A stretch of 64,000 bases of DNA from the IMG/VR virus record IMGVR_UViG_3300044991_002272; one strand, written 5' to 3'. Shown one piece after another: positions 35,891-45,801 of this stretch. A program made the translations under genes and the position numbers. How positions within the stretch are numbered: the first letter of the stretch is position 1; every line of letters begins with the position of its first letter. Below the pieces are notes generated by a model that saw only the letters and a list, made by a program, of their open reading frames with translations, ran no database searches and was not told the DNA's origin. The DNA is from a virus.

Positions 35891-36472
35891 TTATCCTATA
35901 CTGACACCAGGTCTAAATTGCGGATTTAGTTCAAACAACCCATCCGCAAGGGTGGCATTGTCAAATCTCACAGTAAGCTGAATGTCCACAGGGTCACTGC
36001 TGTTGTATTCTAGTGATTGATAATCAACAGTTTCAAGGAAACAACCTTCCAAAGTCCAAGTTTCAAATACTGTTTCGTTGCCGCCATCAAGTATTTCAAG
36101 AATAGTTGTAAACTTGTAATTGATACCCGCAGCAACACTTGTTTGTTCAAAAAAGTTCATTTGTTTTTGTAGCTGGTGACCCACGAGTTTGCTGACACTG
36201 TTAGTAATATCGTCACGAACAGTGATGTTCATCTGTTGCCAAGTTGCCTTACCAGCGTAATGCATAATGGAATTGTAGCTGTGTACCTCAACGCTGTTCA
36301 TTGAAACATTGGGCCGGGCTGCACTAACTACCTGTTGAGTCAACTCCAACCCACCAGCAATGGGCCCAAAATTGATTACTCGCACACGGAAGCGATGTTT
36401 GATCTTCGGCATGAGCAAGCCATTTCTTGCACCGTTGATGGGAACGCCGAATTTTGAAAGAGTCTCTACCAT
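35891..36472 (-). CDS. Tail tube protein (gp19-like)
   Basis: PKIKHRFRV, ARPNV, GKATWQQMNITVRDD, WTLEGCF...Y..L.Y. Confidence 0.88.
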   Translation of the reverse strand: MVETLSKFGVPINGARNGLLMPKIKHRFRVRVINFGPIAGGLELTQQVVSAARPNVSMNSVEVHSYNSIMHYAGKATWQQMNITVRDDITNSVSKLVGHQLQKQMNFFEQTSVAAGINYKFTTILEILDGGNETVFETWTLEGCFLETVDYQSLEYNSSDPVDIQLTVRFDNATLADGLFELNPQFRPGVSIG

Positions 36473-36542
36473 GCTCTACTCCAGAAACTTGTTTATTGCA
36501 AACTTATTTATGGAGAGAGGGTGGAAAAATCAGGGGCAGTTT

Positions 36543-36866
36543 TTAGGCATGCCCCACTTGACCATAAGCCAATAGAGCAATGCTCTCTTGTTGACTGATT
36601 AGGCCTTGCAGAATAACCAAATGTGCACCGTCAATAACTTCTTGTTGATGATCATCAGCAACAAGACTGATCATATTGCCTAAGGTTTCGCTCAAACTTT
36701 CAATCAACATACCCAATGCATCATTTTTCCCCATAGTAGAGCTGTAGTGCTCAAACAAGGCTACACTTAGTTTAGTCAACTCACCAGTAACTCTCTGCCT
36801 TTCATAATCAAGGTCAGTTTGAGGGTCTGAGTCAATTTCTTCAGATTCAAAAATTGAGCTTGTCAT
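36543..36866 (-). CDS. Hypothetical protein
   Basis: 107-aa acidic ORF. Confidence 0.6.
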   Translation of the reverse strand: MTSSIFESEEIDSDPQTDLDYERQRVTGELTKLSVALFEHYSSTMGKNDALGMLIESLSETLGNMISLVADDHQQEVIDGAHLVILQGLISQQESIALLAYGQVGHA

Positions 36867-36992
36867 GTTACCTGCAATTGTTTTCTTGTATTTAAGCTTA
36901 AGTTCAGATTGTTGTCTGTCTAGACAGATTATTATGGATAGATATTGTTATAAAGCCTTAAATAACTATATACTAAAACGAAGGAAATAGCT

Positions 36993-38636
36993 ATGACAAT
37001 AACGTGTCAGTTATGTGAAAAAATATTTGACAAGATTATCAGCAGCACTCATTTGAAATTCTCTCATCAAATAAGTAGTGAACAATACCGACAGAAATTT
37101 GGGCGTGATAGCTTAGCTTGTGCGGACTACAAAAAAGAACGTAGTTTAGCGCGCAGCGGCGAAAAAAACGGCATGTTTGGTAAGAAACATGCGCAAGCCA
37201 GCTTACAAAAAATGAGTGAAAAGCGGGAAGGTCAAATTCCGTCAAACAAAGGCAAGAAAGTTACAGATCCCGACCATCTTGAAAATCTACGCAACGCTGT
37301 TGCAGCGCGAACTATCAAATGGCAGCAGAATGATACTCATCCCAGAAAAGGGGCCATATTGAGCCCTGCTACTAGGAATCAGATCCGCCAAGGAGTGCAA
37401 GATTACGCACATCAGAATCCAGAATTGATGCAACAACGAGCAGCAAAAGCCAAACAAACATTGCACGAGCAAGGTTATGATTTTGGGAGTCATATGCGTG
37501 GCAAAAAACACTCACAAACAACCAAAAACAAGATCAGTGCAAGCAGCCGCATGTCTGCATTGAAAAAATCAATGTTGAGCCATGATAAGATGTTACAAGC
37601 AATTTCCGATGCAAATTTATTGTGTGAGTCTGTGGAAGGTCAAAATGTATTTGTTAAATGTATTGTATGTAACAATCAATTCTCCATTACAAAACAATAT
37701 TTCACTATTTCCAAGTGGCGGAAAGACATTTGCCCTGTTTGCCGACCAATTCCCGTCAAGTCCAATGCTGAACTTGAGTTGCTGTTCTGGATACGATCCG
37801 TTTTGCCACATGAAACCGTCTTAAGTGGTAACCGATCAACTATTTTTCCCTTGGAACTGGATATACTGATTCCACACAGGAACCTTGCAGTGGAATATTG
37901 CGGTCTATATTGGCATAGTGAACTACAGGGGAAAGATAAAAATTATCACAAAAACAAAAAAGAATTATGTGCTGCACAAGGAATATCCTTGATTACTGTT
38001 TTTGAAGATGAATGGTTAACCAAACAAGACATAGTAAAAAGTCGGCTACAACACTTACTAGGTAAATGTCACAACAAAATTGCTGCAAGAAAATGTGTTG
38101 TGAAACCCATTGATGCCAAAATTGCCCGTGACTTTTGCACGCAAAATCATATTCAAGGCAGTGGAGCTAGCAAGATTTGCTTGGGATTGTATTATGGGGA
38201 ACAATTGATCCAAGTGGCAACCTTTAGTCAACCCAATATCAGCAAAGGTTCTCGGAACACAGGAGCCGATGTCTGGGAATTGAGTAGGCTGTGCAGTATC
38301 ACAAAAACGCAAGTTATGGGCGGGGCGGGAAAATTATTCAAATATTTTGTAACCAATTACAATCCAAAACAAATTATAAGTTACTGTGATTTAAGATGGA
38401 ATCAAGGAACTGTATATGAACAATTGGGATTTACTTGCATAAATTTAGGCACGCCAAATTATTGGTATTTCAAAGGGCCTGATGTTACACGACTGCACAG
38501 ATTTAGCTTGCGCAAAAACTCGCAGGATGATCCTGCCTTGACAGAATGGGAAAATCGCAAGGCGCAAGGTTGGAACAGGATTTGGGATTGTGGTAGCAGT
38601 AAATGGATATGGCTTAATGAAAAACCGGAGCAGTGA
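36993..38636 (+). CDS. Hef-like homing endonuclease: MucR-like Zn finger, NUMOD3, Vsr/DUF559 nuclease, C-terminal GNAT-like region
   Basis: CQLC..HL..H; HSQTTKNKIS; ELDILIP..LAVEYCGLYWHS; WELSR.CS..GGAGKLF..SYCD.RW..G.VY..LGF; antisense between sheath and tube. Confidence 0.8.
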   Translation: MTITCQLCEKIFDKIISSTHLKFSHQISSEQYRQKFGRDSLACADYKKERSLARSGEKNGMFGKKHAQASLQKMSEKREGQIPSNKGKKVTDPDHLENLRNAVAARTIKWQQNDTHPRKGAILSPATRNQIRQGVQDYAHQNPELMQQRAAKAKQTLHEQGYDFGSHMRGKKHSQTTKNKISASSRMSALKKSMLSHDKMLQAISDANLLCESVEGQNVFVKCIVCNNQFSITKQYFTISKWRKDICPVCRPIPVKSNAELELLFWIRSVLPHETVLSGNRSTIFPLELDILIPHRNLAVEYCGLYWHSELQGKDKNYHKNKKELCAAQGISLITVFEDEWLTKQDIVKSRLQHLLGKCHNKIAARKCVVKPIDAKIARDFCTQNHIQGSGASKICLGLYYGEQLIQVATFSQPNISKGSRNTGADVWELSRLCSITKTQVMGGAGKLFKYFVTNYNPKQIISYCDLRWNQGTVYEQLGFTCINLGTPNYWYFKGPDVTRLHRFSLRKNSQDDPALTEWENRKAQGWNRIWDCGSSKWIWLNEKPEQ

Positions 38637-38646
38637 GCTCCGGTTT
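38622..38646. terminator. Terminator between convergent genes
   Basis: AAACCGGAGC-AGTGA-GCTCCGGTTT. Confidence 0.75.
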
Positions 38647-38667
38647 CTCTTGTTATAGATTCAAATA

Positions 38668-41600
38668 TTATGGCAATGGATCGCCAGTGTTTAAAATTCG
38701 CAATGGTATGTAAATGAATTCAATAGCTTTGGTGGGTTTGACAGCCACATCAATCCACAACTCATTGCGATCAATACGTGTTGGCGAATTATTCGTTTCA
38801 TCACAAACCACAGCAAAGTCATATACAGCACGCAAGCCCACTAAGTCACCAAAGAAGCTTTCAAATGTGCGGGCTACAGAATCGCGTGTTTGTTTGTCAT
38901 TGGGCTCAAACAAGAAGGGTTTGGCCAAAATGTCCAATTGATAATTCAAATAGTTAATCAATCTGGCAACATTTACGCGGTCCAATGCACTGCTCAAGGG
39001 ACTGAGGGTTTTTTGTCCATACACAACAAGTCCGCGCCCAGGAATGAATGCAATGGGGTTAATCTTGTTTTGATACAGTGTGTCTCGTTGTCCTTGACTC
39101 AATGCAACAGGCACGTATTCATTTTCTGCGTTCAAGTAACCAACACTGCTAACAGCACTTACTAATCCGCGTGTGAATCCTGCTGGGGCAAACCAGGGAT
39201 AAGCCACTTGGTCGTTGAAGGCAATGGTGCGCAGTATAGTCATGCTGGCTGGTACAAATATTTGTGTACCATCAATATTTGTAGCCAATCCCCATGGATA
39301 GTAGACACCGCCATAGCGTGTAGCAGTAATAAGTGATTCTTCACCATTACCCAATGCATTGGCAGCGTTTGTGGCCCAATTTTGAATACTTGTGCCATCA
39401 GGCTGCAAGCGAGCGGGGGTGTCAACAACAATGAACGCAACGTCTTTCTTGTCAGTGTTCAATGTAACCATTTCATCCAAAAGTTCTGGATAAGCGGGAA
39501 CAGCCATCAAGTTGAACACATTGCTTTCGCTTCTCAATTCTTCACTAGCTGCCAAGGCACTTGCTATAGCGGTAACAATCAATTGACGTTGTGCTTTCCG
39601 CAACATGTAAGGCGCACCAGTGTTCATCAAACCACTGGCTGTAACCCAACGGTTTCTATCGTAGTTAGGTTGGTTATTCACAGTTGCTGGTAGGTAATTT
39701 ACCTTGTAGGTTTTGACATTACCAAAGCTGTAGCGTGTGTTGAACAAAAGCAACCCAAAAGGATATGGTAATGCACTGGGAGCATCGGGATCCACTGTAT
39801 CACTAGCTAGCATATCTACAATTGCTTGACTGCCTGTGCTGGTTCCATTGGCTGTCCAACGGGCATCAGCGAACAAAATGCCATTGCTGCTGCTTTGGTC
39901 AGTATTGTCTACCAAAAGCCATTGACTGTTGAACGCATCTCTTTTGTAAATCTTGGGATAATTTTCCAAATCGCTTGTGTCGATCCAAATGTCATTATCC
40001 ACCAAAGGCAATCCACCTGACTGTGTTGTAGGGGCTGTTGCACTTAGAGTAGGCCCGTTGGGATCAGTTTCAGTGTAGATCATACGATAGCCTAACCAAG
40101 TGCTGCCATTGCTTACCATCAAGTCCACTCTCAAATTTGCATTGTACCACAATGTGTTATTTGCAGGCAAGCCTGATGGTGTTGTGCTGCTTTGGGTGTA
40201 TTTGTCTCCAAAATCCACAGTGCTGGCTACATAGCTGGGGATTGTGACCCAGGCAGTGCCATCCCAAATCTTCACAAGTAGCACGCCAGTTTGTGTCAAT
40301 ACATCTGGGCCGTTTTCATTGTAACGCACATAAATGCTGCCTACTGTGCGATTGGCACCATACCCTGCATTCGCACTTGCATCAGTTGCATATAGTGGAG
40401 CCAAACGTGTGTTCCATTGATCAGTGCCACTGTTGTAACGTTTTACAACAAAATTGGCACCACGATTGCCTGCAACAGTGTTGACCCAAATATTACCAGA
40501 GGCAAGCTGACTTAATTCAGCTGGTTGTGGGGTGCCCAAGCTGTAGCCTTGATAAACCAAGCTATTACCATAAGTTATTCCAGTGGGAATGCCAGCGGAT
40601 ACTAATGGGGCAGTTCCTGCATACCCTACAACATTTGACAGCGAAAACAACGTTCCTGTAGGACTATATATTCTAAGTCTATTGTCAGCTGTTATTTCAG
40701 CCTTTACTAAGTTGGTCAAGCCCACTGTAGTATCTGCATTGATTTTCGCAACTACATCAGCAAGTGTTGTGACTGCAGGAGCTTGATTAGCAACATTTAT
40801 ATTTGCACTGACACTTCCTGCGCCATATCCAGCTGTAATAGTTATAATTTGTGTAAGTGGTGCTGGGGCAGCAGCACTACTGACAAATGTGGGGCTTACA
40901 ACTGATCCTGTCACACTTTTGTAATATGTACTTTCCATTTTCATCTTTGCAGTGGCAAATCCACCCGGTCCACTGCTGGCAGTTGTATCCAGTAATTGGA
41001 TAGTATTGCCGCTATAGTCAGTTAGTCTCAAGTACTTGTTTGTCCCAACGGTGAATGTTGTGGCCAAAATTTGTGTTGAGGCCAACTGGGTATTGATATT
41101 CGTAACAAAAGCCTCTAAGGTAGTATTAGGAACATTGATAGTATAAGATGTAGTAGTAGCACCTACGATGTGGAAGAGTGTGCTTGTTCCAGTTATAAAT
41201 GGGCCTAGAACAGATTCACTACTATTGACAACTGTAGGAGATGCGGCTGCCCAACTGTGACCAGGGTATTCAGTTTCAGTGCCGCCCACTGGATACCAGC
41301 GACTTACTGTTCCTTGAGCTGTTGTTTGGCTGACTTTTTCAAAAATTTGCACTGAAGGCATCAAAACATTGCTGCCAAGGCCTTGAACAACACTTACTGC
41401 ATTCACAGCCAAATCACCATTAGCACCAAATTCATTTAAGGGCACAATGTAATTTTGTTGTGGTTTGTTGCTGACTAAGGGAGAAATTTGTGAGTTTTCA
41501 AAACCCAGATCAGTTAGCAAAGAGGTAGGTAATGCGCTTATAGGCGCGATAGCTACATTGATATCACTACCTACCAATCGAAGATTGTAGACTGTTACTT

Positions 41601-42366
41601 CTGTAGGAAGTGTGGGAGCAACTACCTTGGCTTTTTCCAGTCGGCTAAAGATTTCTGCTTTGATGCCCTTTTTTGTCAATGTTGTATTGCTGTTGATTTT
41701 TTGAACTACTGTGTTTAAACTGTCTGTTAACTCAATGGTTATTACAACACCTGCAATTGTGATTGTGCCATTGCCACCAGGAGCAACAATTGCAAGATTG
41801 GGATTGGTGCACTGTGTTTCACGGAAACATTGCACAATACGTTGAAGCTGTGTTGCAGTGTCAATCACTTTGGGTCTTACAGCACCCCAAGCCAACCCAC
41901 TGTTTACATTTCCGTTGCTGCGGAACAAGCCCCAAGAAGTTGCAGTGAGGTCCAACCAATAGTCGCCATTTACTGGCTCACCAACGGGCTCTGTACCAGT
42001 GGGTGCAAGGTTTCCTAGATCAACATCAGCTCGCATAACATAGGCACTGTTAGCCAACCCCAAGTATTGGTAAGCTGAATACAGCCCATACTCATTAAGT
42101 TCGTTACCATGCTGTGGTGTGCCAGCTTGGGTGTAAAATTTAGGATTGCCAAAGGTTTGGAGCAGTTCTCTCTGACTTGTTATCCGGTACAACTTGCCAG
42201 CATTGGCTTTGATTGTACCTGGGGCAATGCTAGTGGCGTTGCCTGGTTGCGGCTTATCTTGTGCAGTAGCCATCATAATGAATGGCACAGTGCCAGGGCC
42301 CGAACTGGCATAAAAACTCTCATCAATTACTTGTACCTGAACTCCAGGGCTTGTTAGATTGGCCAT
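38668..42366 (-). CDS. Tail sheath protein (gp18-like) with large internal insertions
   Basis: N-terminal LTSPGVQVQVIDES; C-terminal WFAPAGFTRG, RDTLYQNKINPI, GQKT, DRVNVARL, FEPND, KPTKAIEFI. Confidence 0.96.
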   Translation of the reverse strand: MANLTSPGVQVQVIDESFYASSGPGTVPFIMMATAQDKPQPGNATSIAPGTIKANAGKLYRITSQRELLQTFGNPKFYTQAGTPQHGNELNEYGLYSAYQYLGLANSAYVMRADVDLGNLAPTGTEPVGEPVNGDYWLDLTATSWGLFRSNGNVNSGLAWGAVRPKVIDTATQLQRIVQCFRETQCTNPNLAIVAPGGNGTITIAGVVITIELTDSLNTVVQKINSNTTLTKKGIKAEIFSRLEKAKVVAPTLPTEVTVYNLRLVGSDINVAIAPISALPTSLLTDLGFENSQISPLVSNKPQQNYIVPLNEFGANGDLAVNAVSVVQGLGSNVLMPSVQIFEKVSQTTAQGTVSRWYPVGGTETEYPGHSWAAASPTVVNSSESVLGPFITGTSTLFHIVGATTTSYTINVPNTTLEAFVTNINTQLASTQILATTFTVGTNKYLRLTDYSGNTIQLLDTTASSGPGGFATAKMKMESTYYKSVTGSVVSPTFVSSAAAPAPLTQIITITAGYGAGSVSANINVANQAPAVTTLADVVAKINADTTVGLTNLVKAEITADNRLRIYSPTGTLFSLSNVVGYAGTAPLVSAGIPTGITYGNSLVYQGYSLGTPQPAELSQLASGNIWVNTVAGNRGANFVVKRYNSGTDQWNTRLAPLYATDASANAGYGANRTVGSIYVRYNENGPDVLTQTGVLLVKIWDGTAWVTIPSYVASTVDFGDKYTQSSTTPSGLPANNTLWYNANLRVDLMVSNGSTWLGYRMIYTETDPNGPTLSATAPTTQSGGLPLVDNDIWIDTSDLENYPKIYKRDAFNSQWLLVDNTDQSSSNGILFADARWTANGTSTGSQAIVDMLASDTVDPDAPSALPYPFGLLLFNTRYSFGNVKTYKVNYLPATVNNQPNYDRNRWVTASGLMNTGAPYMLRKAQRQLIVTAIASALAASEELRSESNVFNLMAVPAYPELLDEMVTLNTDKKDVAFIVVDTPARLQPDGTSIQNWATNAANALGNGEESLITATRYGGVYYPWGLATNIDGTQIFVPASMTILRTIAFNDQVAYPWFAPAGFTRGLVSAVSSVGYLNAENEYVPVALSQGQRDTLYQNKINPIAFIPGRGLVVYGQKTLSPLSSALDRVNVARLINYLNYQLDILAKPFLFEPNDKQTRDSVARTFESFFGDLVGLRAVYDFAVVCDETNNSPTRIDRNELWIDVAVKPTKAIEFIYIPLRILNTGDPLP

Positions 42367-42431
42367 TTGTACCTCATCAAAAATATCTTGTAGGATATTT
42401 ATGAAAAGCTACTGAAAAAGCCCTGGTTCAG

Positions 42432-42680
42432 TCAGCGTGGGCCGGCGTGGATGTGACTGAATTGAAGTCGGAGACTGTCTTGTTGTTCAGCTAGTTCAGC
42501 CCATTCAAATGTCAATGCACCAAATTCTCGAACAGACACCCAAACTTTTTCCTGTTGCTCTACTACACCAACAAGGACCCTGCCAACTTGTGCCCACCCC
42601 CCATGAAATTTCCAATTTAACATTTGATCGTCAGTATCTGGAACATATACAATGTCATCGGGTTTGGGCAAGGTTGTCAC
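42432..42680 (-). CDS. Hypothetical protein
   Basis: 82-aa ORF coupled to the kinase gene. Confidence 0.5.
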   Translation of the reverse strand: MTTLPKPDDIVYVPDTDDQMLNWKFHGGWAQVGRVLVGVVEQQEKVWVSVREFGALTFEWAELAEQQDSLRLQFSHIHAGPR

Positions 42681-43321
42681 TTAAGCGTCTCCATAAAAGT
42701 AGTAACGTTTCGAGTCAAATCTTGAATTGAAGTATTATTTAAGATAATAGAGTCAAAATCTGTACCAATCCAATCGCGTTCACTCCTATGAACTCCATGG
42801 ATTTTTCGCAAAAATGGTTTTGTTACAAATTGAATAAATTTGGTTTGTTGATTGAACCAAAGTGATTGATTGTAATAGTCAGGTAATGGATCTCGTCTTA
42901 CCCAAACAATCTTGCCGCCCAGTCGCTTGATCATTTCAATCTCATTGACAAATCTTACGTCAGTTACAACAACTGATTTTTTAGAGTCTTGGAGAAACAG
43001 CTCACAGCGATTTGTCCAAAAGTCTTGAGAAAATTGATTACGTATCAATTCAGTGCCAAACTCTCGCATCATCAAACGAGGAGTAATGGGCTTGCCTAGT
43101 TTTTCAGTCCAGTAAGAGTCTTGTGTCTCTCGCCAAACTCTACTTGCTTCTGTTGTGCCTTCCAACAGTTTGGCTTGCCAGCCAAACATGCTGCTGAGTG
43201 CACTTTTGATGGGTTTGGCAAAACTAGTGGTTGTATAACTGGGATATAGCTCTTGAATTATACTGCCCACAGTGTCTTTGCCACTGCCTTGAAACCCTAC
43301 TAGCCCTATGATGTTTTTCAT
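42677..43321 (-). CDS. Deoxynucleoside monophosphate kinase (T4 gp1-like)
   Basis: IIGLVGFQGSGKDT, SFAKPIK, PRLMMREFGT, DVRFVNE, HRSE. Confidence 0.92.
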   Translation of the reverse strand: MKNIIGLVGFQGSGKDTVGSIIQELYPSYTTTSFAKPIKSALSSMFGWQAKLLEGTTEASRVWRETQDSYWTEKLGKPITPRLMMREFGTELIRNQFSQDFWTNRCELFLQDSKKSVVVTDVRFVNEIEMIKRLGGKIVWVRRDPLPDYYNQSLWFNQQTKFIQFVTKPFLRKIHGVHRSERDWIGTDFDSIILNNTSIQDLTRNVTTFMETLK

Positions 43322-43360
43322 ATGGCTAGTATAGACAAGTTTCAAGTATAAATTGAGTTT

Positions 43361-44122
43361 TTAGCCCAAAATTACAAAGCTGGATGGAGTTCCGTTGTCC
43401 ACGTATTGCAAGAGTTCAATTTCCAGTTTCTCAATCTCTGCAACTGACTCTGTTTTCAATTCAGAACCTTTCAAAGTTGAACCACCTTGTGGGCCAATGA
43501 TCTGGCCAAACTTGCTGTAGGCCTCTCCCAGCATTCCTTTGGACACTGCCAGTGTGTAACTTCTAATCCAAGGCCTGCTGAAGGGATCCATGAGAATCAT
43601 GTCATCTGGCTTCATTTTGTTGACCCAAAGTAGCACAGATTCATCAGTCAACAGTCGGCGTATTATGGTGAGTTTTTTGGTTACAGTGTTGAAGTGGTAG
43701 TTGATGTCACGACCAAACATCCTACCAGCTTGTTCCTGATATTGGTAAAAGAGTTCAAATGTTAGTAGGCCAGCAGAATATCCACCCCCAGCACCAGCTT
43801 GCAGTAGGTACAGGTTGGTGTAGGCTAACGAAAAGGGGTCAATATAGGTGCCTCCTGTATTGCCTCCCAATCCACGTCGAAAGATTTGTCGCACATCTAC
43901 TATTTCTTCTGGCAGGTAATATTCAGTTGTCTCTGGCTGCATTTCCAAGAATGCATACGCTTCTTCAACAGCATTTGAACTTCGTTGCCGATAACGCTCT
44001 AAGGCAATTTTAACAGCTAGCTGAAAATCTCCAGGCTCCAATTCCACCTCAACCATTGAGCCACCGAGGAGCCTAGTTACGTCATTTATAATGTCCTGCT
44101 TTAAATCAAGTGTGCTGCTCAT
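43361..44122 (-). CDS. Neck protein (T4 gp13-like)
   Basis: RLLGGSMVEVEL, WIRSYTLA..K...G....KF...GPQG...L.G. Confidence 0.85.
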   Translation of the reverse strand: MSSTLDLKQDIINDVTRLLGGSMVEVELEPGDFQLAVKIALERYRQRSSNAVEEAYAFLEMQPETTEYYLPEEIVDVRQIFRRGLGGNTGGTYIDPFSLAYTNLYLLQAGAGGGYSAGLLTFELFYQYQEQAGRMFGRDINYHFNTVTKKLTIIRRLLTDESVLLWVNKMKPDDMILMDPFSRPWIRSYTLAVSKGMLGEAYSKFGQIIGPQGGSTLKGSELKTESVAEIEKLEIELLQYVDNGTPSSFVILG

Positions 44123-44159
44123 TTGAATATTCCAAAAACGCTTTGGAATATTTACCTAA

Positions 44160-44618
44160 TTACTGAAACAAAGAGTCAAATGTGTTGTCTGCAACTACAT
44201 ACCCACCTTTGCTGTCTTTCAAAAAGGTGTAATTGTATTCGAGACCATCTGCACACACAATGTTGCCATCATTACCTGTGGGTGTAAGGCCCAATTTTTG
44301 TCTGCACTTTTCCCAATTATCTCGTTGAAGCTCAACACCATAGAGTTGATTCTCCAAGATGTGCTGTTCTCGTTTTTTAGCGTTTGGTTGCCACTCTGAG
44401 AGTCCTGCCATCAATCGTCTCTTGACCTCAATCAAAAATGCACCTTCACCACAACTGTTGTCTAGCCATGTTTTCGTTGGATCCTGCCAGATTTCTTTTG
44501 GCAATTGATCCAATATTTCATTTACCAATGCAGGTGGTGTGAATACTTCACCAAATTGTTTCTTTTTCTCTTCTTTTGAAAGAGATGGCTCATCAAAATC
44601 TTCGATAACTTCTTGCAT
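44160..44618 (-). CDS. Short DNA methyltransferase-like protein (SAM-binding half only)
   Basis: GEVFTP (motif X), LDNSCGEGAFL (motif I), YGVEL (motif II), CADGL (motif III); no NPPY. Confidence 0.75.
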   Translation of the reverse strand: MQEVIEDFDEPSLSKEEKKKQFGEVFTPPALVNEILDQLPKEIWQDPTKTWLDNSCGEGAFLIEVKRRLMAGLSEWQPNAKKREQHILENQLYGVELQRDNWEKCRQKLGLTPTGNDGNIVCADGLEYNYTFLKDSKGGYVVADNTFDSLFQ

Positions 44619-44643
44619 TTGTTATTATACAACTATAAATGAC

Positions 44644-45801
44644 TTATGTTGTTTTATACCAGTCTTTTTTGAAGTATTGAAACATACCGTAATCAGTATA
44701 AAATGTATTCCATTTAGTAGCTGCAATAATCCGTTTTCCTTTGTCACTATTCAAAAATTTCACAATTTCATCTCCCTCTTTTTTTGACGAGATTGCAATA
44801 CCAAACGTTAACTGGCTCATGCCATATTCGCCCTTATAATCATTATAAGGGTATTGAATCTCATTTTGATTCAAAAGTACTTTCTTGTGACCAAAATGGG
44901 TTTGATCATTAGCAGCAAGACTATCAAAATATCTAAAGCCTAGACCTTCTTTATTGATAGTATGCACAACAGGATACCTGAAATTATCGGTAAGTCTTTC
45001 GCTATGAGTTTTCTGCGTGTGGTAAAAAGTGTTGTATAAGACATGACATCCAGATCCGAGCAGTTGACTGATATCAACAATTGCATAATTTGGCAGCCAA
45101 GGCCATTTACCAAGATGTAGGGTATGAAACTTATCTTCATGATCTATTACAGTAGTCTGAAGATCATCGTCAGGTATAAGTTTTTGAAGTACGTAACAAT
45201 CAACACGAACACCAATTCCAAAAACGTCCTGATTGCCTTTTCCTGATCGCATCTTAAGATATCTTAGATGGTTTTCTTTAGTTAAGGCATTCCATAGTCT
45301 ATACCGGTCATCAGGCTTTCTCCAGCTAGTTGGATGCACCATACACATCCATCCTTCGCGTTTCAAAAGTGAAAGAGAAGTTTTTACAAAGCTTGGCCAA
45401 ACAGCTGATTCTCCTCTGCTGCCTAACCGCGACGCTGTGGTTTCGCTCTGATAAGGTGGATTACCAACAATCACATCAAACTTCATGTCACCCCAATCAT
45501 GCGTCAAAAAATCCATTTTGTTTAAGTTGTCGGTTACCAACTTTTTGTTATTCTTTGCATAGTTTACTCGCATCTGTCCTGTCTCGCAACCATACATCCT
45601 GGACGCAATGTTAGTGTCCGAATGTCCAGTTTCACGCAAACGTCGCTGGATTTCAACCAAAAACTGACCACCAGCCATAGCTGGATCCAGAAAGGTTGTC
45701 GTTGAACTCGTCCATACTTCAGCTGGTAGTTGATCTAGCATCTCGTTCACAAGAGGGGTAATGGGAAATTTAAGCCTAGAGAGCATTAACATATCATTCA
45801 A
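44644..45801 (-). CDS. Amino (N6-A) DNA methyltransferase, Eco57I-like
   Basis: FLDPAMAGGQFL, FDVIVGNPPY, MVHPTSW. Confidence 0.9.
   Translation of the reverse strand: MNDMLMLSRLKFPITPLVNEMLDQLPAEVWTSSTTTFLDPAMAGGQFLVEIQRRLRETGHSDTNIASRMYGCETGQMRVNYAKNNKKLVTDNLNKMDFLTHDWGDMKFDVIVGNPPYQSETTASRLGSRGESAVWPSFVKTSLSLLKREGWMCMVHPTSWRKPDDRYRLWNALTKENHLRYLKMRSGKGNQDVFGIGVRVDCYVLQKLIPDDDLQTTVIDHEDKFHTLHLGKWPWLPNYAIVDISQLLGSGCHVLYNTFYHTQKTHSERLTDNFRYPVVHTINKEGLGFRYFDSLAANDQTHFGHKKVLLNQNEIQYPYNDYKGEYGMSQLTFGIAISSKKEGDEIVKFLNSDKGKRIIAATKWNTFYTDYGMFQYFKKDWYKTT

Noticed and set aside
36955-36995. Third copy of the three-way-junction leader before the Hef-like gene
   Set aside because: TAAATA is present, but there is no CAC-GG/CC-T core and only a 4-bp possible stem.
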